Positions 1 to 11,503 of a stretch of DNA of 64,000 nt are shown here, one piece after another. Made by a program: the position numbers and the translations under genes. The DNA lies in contig CAYQZQ010000001.1 in assembly GCA_964422035.1 (NCBI GenBank), positions 121,013-185,012 of the forward strand. Direction: 5' to 3'. Origin of the DNA: an uncultured Pseudomonadales bacterium (GTDB lineage Bacteria > Patescibacteriota > Microgenomatia > UBA1400 > Chazhemtobacteraceae). Numbering within the stretch: position 1 is the first letter of the stretch; every line of letters starts with the position of its first letter. The notes under the pieces were generated by a model. That model was not told the origin of the DNA. It made no database searches and saw only the letters and a list, made by a program, of their open reading frames with translations.

Positions 1-405
1 AAAAGAAAAACAAGAAGTAGTTGGCTTGTCTGGGTAAGTCTATTGACAGTAGATTTGGCAATAAAGTGGTGGATGAGAAGTAGGGGAGAGTTTGTGGTTA
101 ATCGAGGGGTGGCTTTCGGGGTTGAGTTTTCAAGCTGGTTTGTATGGGTGGGGATTTTAGGATTGATAACTGTTATGTGGATTAAAAGTCACTGTGTTGA
201 GTGGGGGTGGCTTTTTGTGGGCGGGCTGGCGAACTTGATAGACAGATTTTTGTGGGGAACAGTAACAGACTGGATAAAAATGCCAGGGGTAGAGATGTGG
301 TTTAATTTGGCTGATGTGTATATAAATATTGGAATAGCTTGGGTACTGGGCAGAGAAGTGGCTAATTTGTTAGTATTAAAGCATGGAGATAAAGAAGCTG
401 TTTGA
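1..405 (+). CDS. lspA: lipoprotein signal peptidase II, 5' end lies outside the window
   Basis: Frame is open from nt 1. Translation contains NRGVAFG and GGLANLIDR motifs typical of SPase II. Confidence 0.7.
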   Translation, partial: KRKTRSSWLVWVSLLTVDLAIKWWMRSRGEFVVNRGVAFGVEFSSWFVWVGILGLITVMWIKSHCVEWGWLFVGGLANLIDRFLWGTVTDWIKMPGVEMWFNLADVYINIGIAWVLGREVANLLVLKHGDKEAV

Positions 406-1126
406 TGATGAGGCGGTGATGGTTTTGGATAAGCCGGCTGGAGTGGTGGTAAATAAGGCACAGACAGTGCCGGGTGAGACTATTCAAGACTGGTTTGTTG
501 ATAACTATGGTGAGATTTTGGAGATGTATAGGGATGATGATGTTTTTATGAAAAGACTGGGAATGGTGCACAGGTTGGACAAGGAAACCAGTGGATGTTT
601 GCTTTGGGCTCTGGAGCCTAAGGTTTTAAAGGACTTGATGGCTCAGTTTAAAAATCGTGAGATTGAAAAAGAATATATAGCGCTTTTGCATGGCGAGCTG
701 CGACCAGCAAAGGGAACTATGAGGCTGCCGATAACTAGAGACTTGGATAACAGACATAAAAGAACAGTTAGTTTTGAAGGTAAGCAGGCGCAAACTTCCT
801 GGCAAGTAGTTAAAAGATTTGCGGGTGAGGATTATAAATATAGTTTGGTGCGGGTAAGGCCCAAAACAGGTAGAACTCATCAGATTAGAGTCCATATGGC
901 TCATTTGGGTCATCCGGTGGTGGCTGACAGTCTGTATTTGAATGATAAGCGATACAAGAATGATAGTAAAAAGCTTGATAGACAGTTTTTGCATGCATAC
1001 AAAATTGGATTTAGGCATCCGTTGAGTAATGAGCAGATTGTGGTTGAAAGCAAGTTGTCGGAGAAGTTGAAGAGTTTTGTTGATAAACTTGAACTAGTGG
1101 AAGAGGTGGAGGTGGGATATGAGTAG
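383..1126 (+). CDS. rluD: RluA-family 23S rRNA pseudouridine synthase (RluD-like), no S4 domain
   Basis: LDKPAGVVV and HRLDKETSG(C/L)L catalytic-Asp motif. Overlaps lspA, matching the classical lspA-rluD arrangement. Confidence 0.8.
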   Translation: MEIKKLFDDEAVMVLDKPAGVVVNKAQTVPGETIQDWFVDNYGEILEMYRDDDVFMKRLGMVHRLDKETSGCLLWALEPKVLKDLMAQFKNREIEKEYIALLHGELRPAKGTMRLPITRDLDNRHKRTVSFEGKQAQTSWQVVKRFAGEDYKYSLVRVRPKTGRTHQIRVHMAHLGHPVVADSLYLNDKRYKNDSKKLDRQFLHAYKIGFRHPLSNEQIVVESKLSEKLKSFVDKLELVEEVEVGYE

Positions 1127-1979
1127 GAAAAAAAAGAAGAGTAAAGCTTGGGGTGGTTTGGTTTTGGTTATATTGGTTATTATGTCGGTAGTTGTTTGGA
1201 GAATGGTGGTTGGGCTAGGGGAGGGGGGAAGAGTAGTTTTTGTGAATAATGATCAAGTTGAAGTCAGGCAGTTGAGTATAGAGCAGGACAGGGGAGTTAA
1301 GATCAATTTACCGGCTCATTTGATGGTGCCGGTTAAGGGAATGCAGGGTAGATTGAGGCTAAAGTCAATGATTAAGTTTGCAGATGATGAGGGTGAACCC
1401 TTTGATATTGTGCGACGTAGTGTTGAGATTTTACTGGGTTCACAGACTGACGGGGTAATTTATCAAGTTGAGGGGTCCAATATAAGGCAACTGATTTACA
1501 AAAAATCTGATATGGGAGTTATTAAGAGAATTACTTGGTTGTGGCAATGGGGCAGACTGGAGAAGAACAAGGTTCAAGAGATTGACTGGCCGACCAGTTT
1601 GGGTGATGAGGAGCAAAGGCCTGACGGGACAGAGATTATAGTAGTGGAACGAGATGCAGCATGGGATTTCTCTCATGAGTATCTGGGCACAGGTAGGTTG
1701 AGAGATGGAAATGTGGGGGTAAGGGTAGTTAATGCCAGTGGATGGCAGGGGTTGGGGTATCTGGCAACGACGATGTTGGAGATTGAAGGAGCTGTGGTAG
1801 TTGATGTGGAAGCGCAAGAGAGGCAAGAAGGATTGTGCACGGTTACATACAAGCAGAAAAATGAGATTGTGGACTGGATTAAAGACAAATGGAGTTGTAA
1901 GGGTGAGGAATCAGAAGTTGAGGATGTGATAGTGGTTTTAAAGGGGAATTGGGGAGAGAAATATCAGCGGGAGATGTAA
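1119..1979 (+). CDS. membrane-anchored protein with LytR_C-like C-terminal domain
   Basis: N-terminal TM helix after a basic stretch. C-terminal VRVVNASGWQGLGYLATTML...TVTYKQ resembles the LytR/CpsA/Psr C-terminal domain. Confidence 0.45.
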   Translation: MSRKKKKSKAWGGLVLVILVIMSVVVWRMVVGLGEGGRVVFVNNDQVEVRQLSIEQDRGVKINLPAHLMVPVKGMQGRLRLKSMIKFADDEGEPFDIVRRSVEILLGSQTDGVIYQVEGSNIRQLIYKKSDMGVIKRITWLWQWGRLEKNKVQEIDWPTSLGDEEQRPDGTEIIVVERDAAWDFSHEYLGTGRLRDGNVGVRVVNASGWQGLGYLATTMLEIEGAVVVDVEAQERQEGLCTVTYKQKNEIVDWIKDKWSCKGEESEVEDVIVVLKGNWGEKYQREM

Positions 1980-1980
1980 T

Positions 1981-2697
1981 CTATCTTTTAACTTTTTGAA
2001 CATTGTCGGGATCTTCAGCGTCGGGAATTTCTAAAGGTGATTCGTCTAAAGGAGCGGCAGGGAGAGCTGAGAGGTTCTTTGAGCTGTCTCCTGTAAAGGC
2101 TGGGAGACCTTTTAGGCGTTTGGATCTTCTGGTCTCTTTGATGAAAATTTGAACACTTCGATCTTCGATTTTTTTAATTGCTGCTTCAAATTTGCTACCC
2201 AGTCTCATCAGACGAGTTAAGTAAGCTGAGAGATCATCCGGCAAGTAGCCAAGATGTTCATTGTCTTGAGTTAGGACAGTAATGCGGTGTCTGTTAGGTT
2301 CAAGTTGTACTCTTTGAGAATTTTCTAGTTGAGGAAGAAGTTTGGTGACTACTTTGGTAAGCCAAATGGTTTTGGTTTTACCGGGCTCTTCAATAAACGA
2401 GAAGTCGCCGGAAAGTGTTGAGGAGGGGGTGTGTGAGGAGTTGGTGTTTTTGAGTCTTTTTAGGTTGGATTGAGCAATGTTGTTGTATTGATCGTGCTTG
2501 AGAACTTTTTTGTATGTTCGCTTAGCTTGTTGGACTTGGCTGGTTTTTTCATAGGCTTTAGCTAGTCGATTAAGAGCGGGGATGTGACTTGAATTGAGCT
2601 GCAGGATATGCTGATTTAGAGTTACAGCTCGATCCCAGTTTTGTTTTAAAGCTGCTTTGATAGCTTGGTGGTTTAAGCTGGATATGTTTTGGGACAT
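1981..2697 (-). CDS. hypothetical protein with N-terminal TPR-like repeats
   Basis: Helical repeats with AKAYEKTSQVQQAKRTYKKVL-type TPR signature. No other recognisable motif. Confidence 0.4.
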   Translation of the reverse strand: MSQNISSLNHQAIKAALKQNWDRAVTLNQHILQLNSSHIPALNRLAKAYEKTSQVQQAKRTYKKVLKHDQYNNIAQSNLKRLKNTNSSHTPSSTLSGDFSFIEEPGKTKTIWLTKVVTKLLPQLENSQRVQLEPNRHRITVLTQDNEHLGYLPDDLSAYLTRLMRLGSKFEAAIKKIEDRSVQIFIKETRRSKRLKGLPAFTGDSSKNLSALPAAPLDESPLEIPDAEDPDNVQKVKR

Positions 2698-2760
2698 GGC
2701 TGCTGAAACTTTAATAAAAATAGAGTGCTAAGTCAAGTTGTTTTTGATAGAATATAGCTT

Positions 2761-3285
2761 ATGTCAGGACATAGTAAGTGGTCGAAAATAAAAAGACAAA
2801 AAGGAGCAGAGGATAAGAAGCGATCTAAATTGTTCACAAAGATTGTTCATAAGATCGTGGTGGCTGTTAAAGATCACAATGATGGTGACCCAGATACTAA
2901 TGCTGATTTAAGGCAAGCAATAGATGAAGCTAAGGAGGCTAATATGCCCAAAGAAAACATAGAAAGGGCGATAGATCGGGCTTTAGGGCGTGGTGAGGAA
3001 GGTGGATTGCAAGAGGCTGTATATGAAGGTTACGGTCCAGGTGGTGTTGGTGTATTGGTTAAGGTTCTGACAGATAATAGAAATAGAACTTCCTCACAGA
3101 TTAAGACAATATTTGATAAAGCGGGAGGTAGTTTGGGGTCTCCGGGGTCTGTTGCTTATTTGCGTAAGATTGATCCTGTTCCAAAGATTGCTTTAGAGGG
3201 AAGTCAAAAAGAAGCGATGAAGAAGTTGATTAAAATTCTGGAAGATCACGAAGATATCGTTGATGTCTGGAGTAATTTAGAATAA
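2761..3285 (+). CDS. YebC/PmpR-family DNA-binding regulator, short form
   Basis: MSGHSKWSKIKRQKGAEDKKRSKLFTK N-terminus and YEGYGPGGVGVLVKVLTDNRNRT core. 174 aa versus about 240 aa usually. Confidence 0.8.
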   Translation: MSGHSKWSKIKRQKGAEDKKRSKLFTKIVHKIVVAVKDHNDGDPDTNADLRQAIDEAKEANMPKENIERAIDRALGRGEEGGLQEAVYEGYGPGGVGVLVKVLTDNRNRTSSQIKTIFDKAGGSLGSPGSVAYLRKIDPVPKIALEGSQKEAMKKLIKILEDHEDIVDVWSNLE

Positions 3286-3289
3286 ATGT

Positions 3290-4111
3290 ATGAGTAAACG
3301 GGCCAAGTTTATTATCGCTGCACTAATTTTGTCATTGGCTTTATGGGGAACGCGGCTGATTGTACCTGGACAAAGGATGCAAGCTGTGGTGGCCATTGTG
3401 GTGGCTTCATATTTGATATCAGCTTGGGTGTTGTTTGAGGATCTTAAGGGCGTTGAGTGGCTTACTGTGCTGATTCTACCGGTAATGTATACCTTGGGTG
3501 CTGGATTGTTCTCTTTATTTTTGCCCGAGTCGATACCAAGGATTTTCGGACAGAGACTGGAAGCTGATGTGAGTAGATTAATTGCTGGAATCATCAGAGG
3601 GGGTTTTTGGTTGTTGTTTGGTGTTGGTGCATATGGTTTGTATTTAACGGAAAACATTTTTTCGGTGGCGGCGATCCGAACGATTCAACTTTTGCGGGCA
3701 GCAAGATCGGTTGGTTTTTTGATTACTTTGGTAGTGGCGATGTTTTTGTTTCAAGCTTTGTTCTCTTTTAAATTACAGTTTTATTGGTTAGGTCTATTGG
3801 CTGGTATTTTGAGCTTTCCATTATTTTTACAAGGTGATTGGTCGATGCGGCTTAAGAGTGGTTTAGATAGGCGAGTGATTCTTTATAGTTTGGTGGGGGC
3901 AGTGATTGTAGCCCAGTTGGCGATGGTGTTATCTTTCTGGCCTGTGGATAGCCTTGTAGCAGCCTTGATGTTGGTAACTGTGATGTATGTAACTTTAGGT
4001 TTGTCTCAACAGAAGCTTATCGGTAGATTATTTAAAAAACAAATTAATGAATACGTGGCTGTGGCTCTGGCTGTACTGGTGGCTAGTTTTTATATAACTT
4101 CTTGGCGGTAA
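3290..4111 (+). CDS. polytopic integral membrane protein, function unknown
   Basis: Six to eight predicted hydrophobic helices across 273 aa. No catalytic motif recognised. Confidence 0.45.
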   Translation: MSKRAKFIIAALILSLALWGTRLIVPGQRMQAVVAIVVASYLISAWVLFEDLKGVEWLTVLILPVMYTLGAGLFSLFLPESIPRIFGQRLEADVSRLIAGIIRGGFWLLFGVGAYGLYLTENIFSVAAIRTIQLLRAARSVGFLITLVVAMFLFQALFSFKLQFYWLGLLAGILSFPLFLQGDWSMRLKSGLDRRVILYSLVGAVIVAQLAMVLSFWPVDSLVAALMLVTVMYVTLGLSQQKLIGRLFKKQINEYVAVALAVLVASFYITSWR

Positions 4112-5316
4112 AAAGAGTCGGATGATAATAGGGAAGAGGGGAGGCCTATAGTAGTAATAACCTATAATATATCCTATAACTATAGTTTTCACACTACATC
4201 CTATAATTTTCACGGAGTTCTTTCACTTAGCCTTGAAATGAAGTGAAAAGTTGTTCTTTAGAGGAGAGGTTTGGATGGGTGTAAGGTATATATTCGGGTA
4301 GGAGAGGCAGATCTGCCTTCCCTGCGGGAATTTTGCAGGCTGGCAATTGATGATATAGTCTGATGGGGTTTGTGGATAAGTCAAGGTAATAGAGGTTGGT
4401 ATGAAGATAAACCGGTTGAAAGGAATGGTAAATAGAAGAGGGGTGTTAGGATAAATATTTTATTAATTGTTTAGACGTATTTGGGACCGGTGCAGATACT
4501 CTTCCCTATTGTTGATTAATAGAGGAGATTCTAGAATGATTTCTATTAGGTCGTACAATATTACTTTTACGACGTATGTAAAAATTAAATAGTGGAGAAG
4601 AGTCGGTTTTCACTTCTCCTAATGATTTGAATCAAAACCCGAACAACAGTGTTTAAAAGTTGTGTACCTCTCTCCCCGATTAAATATGGCTATCTATGGT
4701 TTTTGTTCTCTAAATTCGGTTTTGAATATAAACCCGAAAAGTTTTTTAAATTTTTGTAGTTTTTTGAAAAAATGTATCTGAAAATAAGATCTATTGTAAA
4801 AACTGCCTTTTAAATGAGATGTCTATATACATGCATACCTTTCAGAAAGCCTTCTAGGGCTATTAGAGCGCTTCTTAAGTTCAAAAAAAAACGCAATTTT
4901 GAGGCTAGAAATACTTCAATAGACTAAAGTTTCGAGAAATTGTCGACAGATGTAAAGATATTTTTTTGCACTGGCCTATTTGTTTTTGTAAATTTACGTT
5001 TGGTGTTTAGTTTAAACAATTTTTATTATTTATTTTTAATTTGTTTATTAGATATTGTTTGTTATTTGTGTGTTAGTTATTTTTTTGCCGTGGATTGTTG
5101 ATGTTAATTTGTGTTTTTTTGTTTACGTGGTTTTAGGTAAAAATAATTTTTTGATCAGAGAATACTATCGGACTTTTGTAAGTAATATAAGCGATTTTTT
5201 AAGTGATGGGTTATATCCCCTCCCTCACTGGATGTATGTCAAAATATGACGTCGCACAATCTTGACTAGCTAATTATTTAATGGTTAAGTGAAAGTAGAG
5301 TAAATTAAATATATAT
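4112..5316. other. 1.2 kb AT-rich non-coding tract with hairpins, iteron-like CCTATAA repeats and one consensus DnaA box
   Basis: No ORF of 60 aa or more with plausible composition on either strand. tgtggataa (TTATCCACA) at 4371-4379. CCTATAA repeated three times between 4155 and 4210. Palindromes ggcagatctgcc and cctgcgggaattttgcagg. Confidence 0.5.
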
Positions 5317-6267
5317 ATGGTAGATAAGAAAAAAGAGGATTTACAGATTAAACGCTTGATAGAAAAGTACCTTGGTCATTTAGAAGTCGAAAAAAACTAT
5401 TCTAAGTACACGATAAGAAATTACAAACTGTATTTAAAGCGGTTTAGAAACTGGTTTGAGGAAAACTATGAGCAGGAATACATAAATAGGCTTAGCAGTG
5501 AGATAGTTCGTAAGTACCGTCTTTATTTATCTAGATTTGAAAATGACCGGGGTCAGAGATTGTCTAAAAAGACTCAGAGCTACTACATCATTGCCTTGAG
5601 GGCTTTTTTGAAATATCTGATTAAACAGGGTGTTAAGACTCTGGCTCCTGAGAAGATTGATTTGCCTAAAATTGAAGGCAGGCAGATTAAGTTTCTTAAT
5701 CGCAAACAGGTTGAGAGGCTTTTAAATCAGCCTAGTGTCTCAACAGAGATGGGACTGAGGGATAAAGCCATACTAGAGACATTGTTTAGTACAGGAATGC
5801 GTGTGTCTGAATTAGCTAAGCTTAGGATAGATGATCTTGATCTAAAAAGCAGAGAGTTTGGTATTCGAGGAAAAGGTAGGAAAGTTAGGGTAGTATTTCT
5901 GTCAGAGAGAGCAGCTAAATGGTTGAGAAGGTACTTGAGAGCAAGAGACGATCATTATAAACCGTTATGGATCAGGTATTCTGGAAAGAAGCCGGATCCT
6001 TCCACCTCTGGTGAGAGTATGAGACTGTCTGTTAGAAGTATTCAGAGAATGGTGGAGAAGTATCGTAAGAAGGCAAATTTGCCGATTAAGGTAAGTCCTC
6101 ATGTAATCAGACATTCATTTGCAACTAATTTACTCCAAAATGGGGCGGATCTAAGAAGTGTGCAGGAGATGTTGGGACATGAAAATGTATCAACGACTCA
6201 GATATATACACATGTAACTAATCCACAACTTAAAAAAGTGCATGACAAGTTTCACTCAAAAGAGTAG
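5317..6267 (+). CDS. tyrosine site-specific recombinase (XerC/XerD/integrase family)
   Basis: C-terminal RHSFATNLLQNGADLRSVQEMLGHENVSTTQIYTHV carries the catalytic R..H..Y signature. Confidence 0.85.
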   Translation: MVDKKKEDLQIKRLIEKYLGHLEVEKNYSKYTIRNYKLYLKRFRNWFEENYEQEYINRLSSEIVRKYRLYLSRFENDRGQRLSKKTQSYYIIALRAFLKYLIKQGVKTLAPEKIDLPKIEGRQIKFLNRKQVERLLNQPSVSTEMGLRDKAILETLFSTGMRVSELAKLRIDDLDLKSREFGIRGKGRKVRVVFLSERAAKWLRRYLRARDDHYKPLWIRYSGKKPDPSTSGESMRLSVRSIQRMVEKYRKKANLPIKVSPHVIRHSFATNLLQNGADLRSVQEMLGHENVSTTQIYTHVTNPQLKKVHDKFHSKE

Positions 6268-6281
6268 TTAGATCCCCTAGC

Positions 6282-8906
6282 CTATTTGTGTTCGTCGATT
6301 CTGGTAACGGCGGTAACTTTATCCGATTTTTTAAGTCTCATCAAGATCACACCTTGAGTTGGCCGTTTTAATTCAGGAATATTTTTTAGAGGTAGCTTGA
6401 TGGCTTGGGCACTCTTAGTGCTTAAAATGATGAATTCTGTATTATGGGATACTTTTTCTGCACCTGCAATCTCGCCTGTTTTTTTGCTAATATTGGCTAC
6501 TTTTACCCCCTGCCCTCCCCTATTCTGGGTTGGGTATTGTTTTAGTGGAGTTCGTTTACCTAAGCCGTTTTCTGTTACAATTAGTAAGTGACGGAAAAAC
6601 TTGCGACGTTTATCATCAGGTTTTGGTGGTTTAGCATTGAAGGTTTCTAGGGCGAGGACGTAGTCGCCTTTTTTGAGATTAATACCTTTGACACCCATGG
6701 TGTCACGACCGGTATCACGAACATCTTTTTCTTCAAAGCGAATTGATTTGCCTTTTTTGGTGACTAGAAGGATATGATCTTTGCCGGAGGTCTTTTTGAC
6801 TTGAATTAATTCGTCGCCTTTTTTGAGGTTGATGGCGATAAGGCCGTTTCGTTTGATGTTTTCATATTCTTTTATCTGGGTTCTTTTGACCATTCCTTGT
6901 TTGGTAGCAAATAAGAAGTAGTCTTCACCAATTTTGTCTAGTGTTTTTGGTACTGCCATGATGGTCTGGACTTTTTCTTCTGGGGTAATCTCTATTAAAT
7001 TAATTATGGCTTGTCCCTTGGCTTTACGAGTCCCTTCTGGTATATCCCAAACTCTGATTTGATAGACCTGGCCTTGGTCTGTGAAGATTAACAGATGGTC
7101 ATGAGTGTTGGCAGAGAGAATGATGTTTAACTCATCTGCCTCTCTTTTGGTCATTCCAGAGACACCTTTTCCTCCTCTGCGCTGGCTTCTGAAAGTACCC
7201 GTTGACATGCGTTTGATGTATCCGGTTTTGGTTAGGGTGACGATACAGTCTTCGCTGGGGATTAAGTCTTCTTGTTGGAATTCTCCGATTGGATTGAGAT
7301 GGACTTTGGTTTTTCTGTCGTCTCCATATTTTTTAACGACTTCTTTAAGTTCTTTTTGAATGACTTTTAGAATCTTTTTGGGGTTGGTAATTATAGAGAG
7401 AAGATCTTCAATCTGACTCATCAATTCGTCATACTCATCTTTGACTTTTTGTCTTTCAAGAGCAGCTAGTCTGCGAAGTTGCATGCTTAGAATAGCCTGG
7501 GCCTGTTTTTCTGAAAATTGATATTTTTTCATTAGATTATCTTGAGCGTCGTTAGAGCTATCGCTTTTTTTGATTAACTCGATGATTTCATCAATGTGGT
7601 CTAGGGCTTTTAGTAGTCCTTCAAGAATGTGGGCTCTGGCGCGAGCTGACTTAAGGTCGTGCTGACTTCTTTTTACGATGACTAGTTGTCTGTGAATTAC
7701 GTATTCATTTAAGATTTGTTTGAGGTTCATGATATGAGGATGAAGGTCTGAAGAGAGCGCAACCATGTTGGCTGGGAATGAGGTTTGTAATTTTGATTGT
7801 TTGAATAAATTATTGAGGACTTTTTTGGGGATAGCGTTTCTTTTTAGTTCGATGGAGATGCTTAACCCTTGCCTGTCTGATTCATCGATGATGTCTGAGA
7901 TACCGTCAAGCTTGTCTTTTTTGACAAGATCGGCAATTTTGGAAATTAATTTAGCTTTATTTACCTGGTATGGTAGTTGTGTGACCTTGATCTCTGCTTT
8001 CCCGTGGCTTATCTCTTTAATGCCAGTGATAGCTCGGATAGTTATCTGGCCTTTTCCTGTGGCATATACTTGTCGGATGTCTTCTTGGTTGTATATTTGA
8101 CCTCCTGTTGGGAAGTCTGGACCTTTGATGTGTTTGAGAAGATCATCTAAACCGGCGGGAGATTCAAAGTTGCCGATTAGTAGTTGTGGATCATCAGTTT
8201 CAGGGTTTTCAAGTTTTTCTTTTTCTTCGTCAGTGATGGGAGATTCTCCTTGGTCAATTAGCTCGTTAATGGCGCCGACTACTTCTACTAGATTGTGAGG
8301 AGGAATCTTGGTTGCCATTCCAACAGCGATGCCGTCGGCACCCATTAAGAGAAGATTTGGAAGTAAGGCTGGAAGAACGTCTGGTTCTTGGAGTGATGCA
8401 TCAAAGTTGTCGGTGAATTTAACGGTTTCTTTGTCGATATCTTTAAGTAGCTCTTGAGAGATGTTCTCCATTCTGGCTTCTGTGTAACGCATTTGAGCAG
8501 CTGGGTCTCCATCGACTGATCCAAAGTTACCTTGACCATCAATTAATGGGTAGCGCATGGAGAAATCTTGAGCAAGTCGAACTAGAGCATCGTATACTGC
8601 TGTATCACCATGTGGGTGGAATTTACCTAGAACATCTCCGACGATACGAGCGGATTTTTTGTAGGGACTACTATGAGTAATGCCAGCTTCATGCATGGCG
8701 TAAAGAATGCGTCTGTGAACTGGTTTAAGCCCATCGCGAACATCTGGCAAAGCACGGGAGACAATAACACTCATGGCATAGTCTACATATGCTTTTTGGA
8801 CTTCTTCGACGATGCTGACTTTTTTAACTAAACCAAAATCAGTCTGTTTAGTTTCGTTAAGCCCGTCTTCTATTTTCTCTGTGGTTAGTTCTGGTTCTTT
8901 AGCCAT
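6282..8906 (-). CDS. gyrA: DNA gyrase subunit A
   Basis: [28 protein letters not shown] active-site region. 874 aa with C-terminal beta-pinwheel repeats. Confidence 0.95.
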   Translation of the reverse strand: MAKEPELTTEKIEDGLNETKQTDFGLVKKVSIVEEVQKAYVDYAMSVIVSRALPDVRDGLKPVHRRILYAMHEAGITHSSPYKKSARIVGDVLGKFHPHGDTAVYDALVRLAQDFSMRYPLIDGQGNFGSVDGDPAAQMRYTEARMENISQELLKDIDKETVKFTDNFDASLQEPDVLPALLPNLLLMGADGIAVGMATKIPPHNLVEVVGAINELIDQGESPITDEEKEKLENPETDDPQLLIGNFESPAGLDDLLKHIKGPDFPTGGQIYNQEDIRQVYATGKGQITIRAITGIKEISHGKAEIKVTQLPYQVNKAKLISKIADLVKKDKLDGISDIIDESDRQGLSISIELKRNAIPKKVLNNLFKQSKLQTSFPANMVALSSDLHPHIMNLKQILNEYVIHRQLVIVKRSQHDLKSARARAHILEGLLKALDHIDEIIELIKKSDSSNDAQDNLMKKYQFSEKQAQAILSMQLRRLAALERQKVKDEYDELMSQIEDLLSIITNPKKILKVIQKELKEVVKKYGDDRKTKVHLNPIGEFQQEDLIPSEDCIVTLTKTGYIKRMSTGTFRSQRRGGKGVSGMTKREADELNIILSANTHDHLLIFTDQGQVYQIRVWDIPEGTRKAKGQAIINLIEITPEEKVQTIMAVPKTLDKIGEDYFLFATKQGMVKRTQIKEYENIKRNGLIAINLKKGDELIQVKKTSGKDHILLVTKKGKSIRFEEKDVRDTGRDTMGVKGINLKKGDYVLALETFNAKPPKPDDKRRKFFRHLLIVTENGLGKRTPLKQYPTQNRGGQGVKVANISKKTGEIAGAEKVSHNTEFIILSTKSAQAIKLPLKNIPELKRPTQGVILMRLKKSDKVTAVTRIDEHK

Positions 8907-8946
8907 ACGGTATTATAGGATATTATTATAATGTCAATTGGGATAT

Positions 8947-9459
8947 TTATTTACAGGATTTTTGGATGACTTTTTTTGCCTCCTCTACCCCACTCCAGTC
9001 TTTTACTTTAACCCATTTGTTGGGCTCTAGTGCTTTATAGGTTTCAAAAAAGTGTTTGATCTTGTCTTTTGTGGCTGAGGGAACGTCATCTGCTGATTTA
9101 TATGCACCGTATACTGGATCAATCTTCTCTAGTGGTACAGCAACGATTTTTTCGTCTTTTCCTGATTCATCCTCCATGTCAAGAATTGCAAGTGGTTTAC
9201 ATTTAATAGTGGCCATAGGGACTATAGGATATTGTGATAAAACGATTACATCTAGCGGGTCTCCGTCTTCTGCATGCGAGCTGGGGACAAATCCATAATT
9301 AAATGGGTATGCTGAGGCGGTGTGAAGAAAGCGATCAACAAACAAGGCTCCAGTTTCCTCATCTAGCTCGTATTTGATTTGATCTTGAGCCGGAATTTCG
9401 ATGACAACATTGATTTGATCTGGTAGATTGTCGCCCGCTGGTAAGTTTTTTAAGTTCAT
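8947..9459 (-). CDS. ppa: inorganic pyrophosphatase
   Basis: Family I PPase motifs DGDPLDVIVL and YGFVP. Confidence 0.9.
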   Translation of the reverse strand: MNLKNLPAGDNLPDQINVVIEIPAQDQIKYELDEETGALFVDRFLHTASAYPFNYGFVPSSHAEDGDPLDVIVLSQYPIVPMATIKCKPLAILDMEDESGKDEKIVAVPLEKIDPVYGAYKSADDVPSATKDKIKHFFETYKALEPNKWVKVKDWSGVEEAKKVIQKSCK

Positions 9460-9491
9460 GGTTTTTATTTAGTTAAATAATAAATTAATGA

Positions 9492-11492
<2,001 letters not shown>

Positions 11493-11503
11493 TTAATGAC
11501 TAT

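Noticed and set aside
189-1018. Antisense ORFs 189-461(-), 362-571(-) and 626-1018(-) overlapping lspA/rluD
   Set aside because: Low-complexity, Pro/Ser/His-rich translations with no motifs, fully embedded in well-supported genes on the other strand. Typical spurious frames.
1440-1888. ORFs 1440-1826(-) and 1673-1888(-) antisense to the LytR_C-domain gene
   Set aside because: No recognisable motifs. The sense-strand gene has a coherent TM-plus-domain architecture.
4112-4700. RNase P RNA, tmRNA or SRP RNA in the structured part of the non-coding tract
   Set aside because: I could not find the universally conserved boxes (for example GAAAGUCCGG/ACAGAAxCCGGCUUA for RNase P, the tRNA-like GGUUCGAxUCC...CCA end or ANDxxYALAA tag frame for tmRNA, GGAAGCAGCCAAGG for SRP). 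A covariance-model scan would be needed to exclude them fully.
4028-5249. ORFs 4028-4213(-) and 5055-5249(+) inside the long non-coding tract
   Set aside because: Extremely biased composition (Ile/Tyr/Phe runs from AT-rich DNA), no start context, no motifs. Treated as non-coding.
6397-8542. Several 60-110 aa ORFs antisense within gyrA (6397-6591+, 7105-7359+, 7765-8100+, 8345-8542-)
   Set aside because: Embedded in the highly conserved gyrA reading frame; compositionally atypical.
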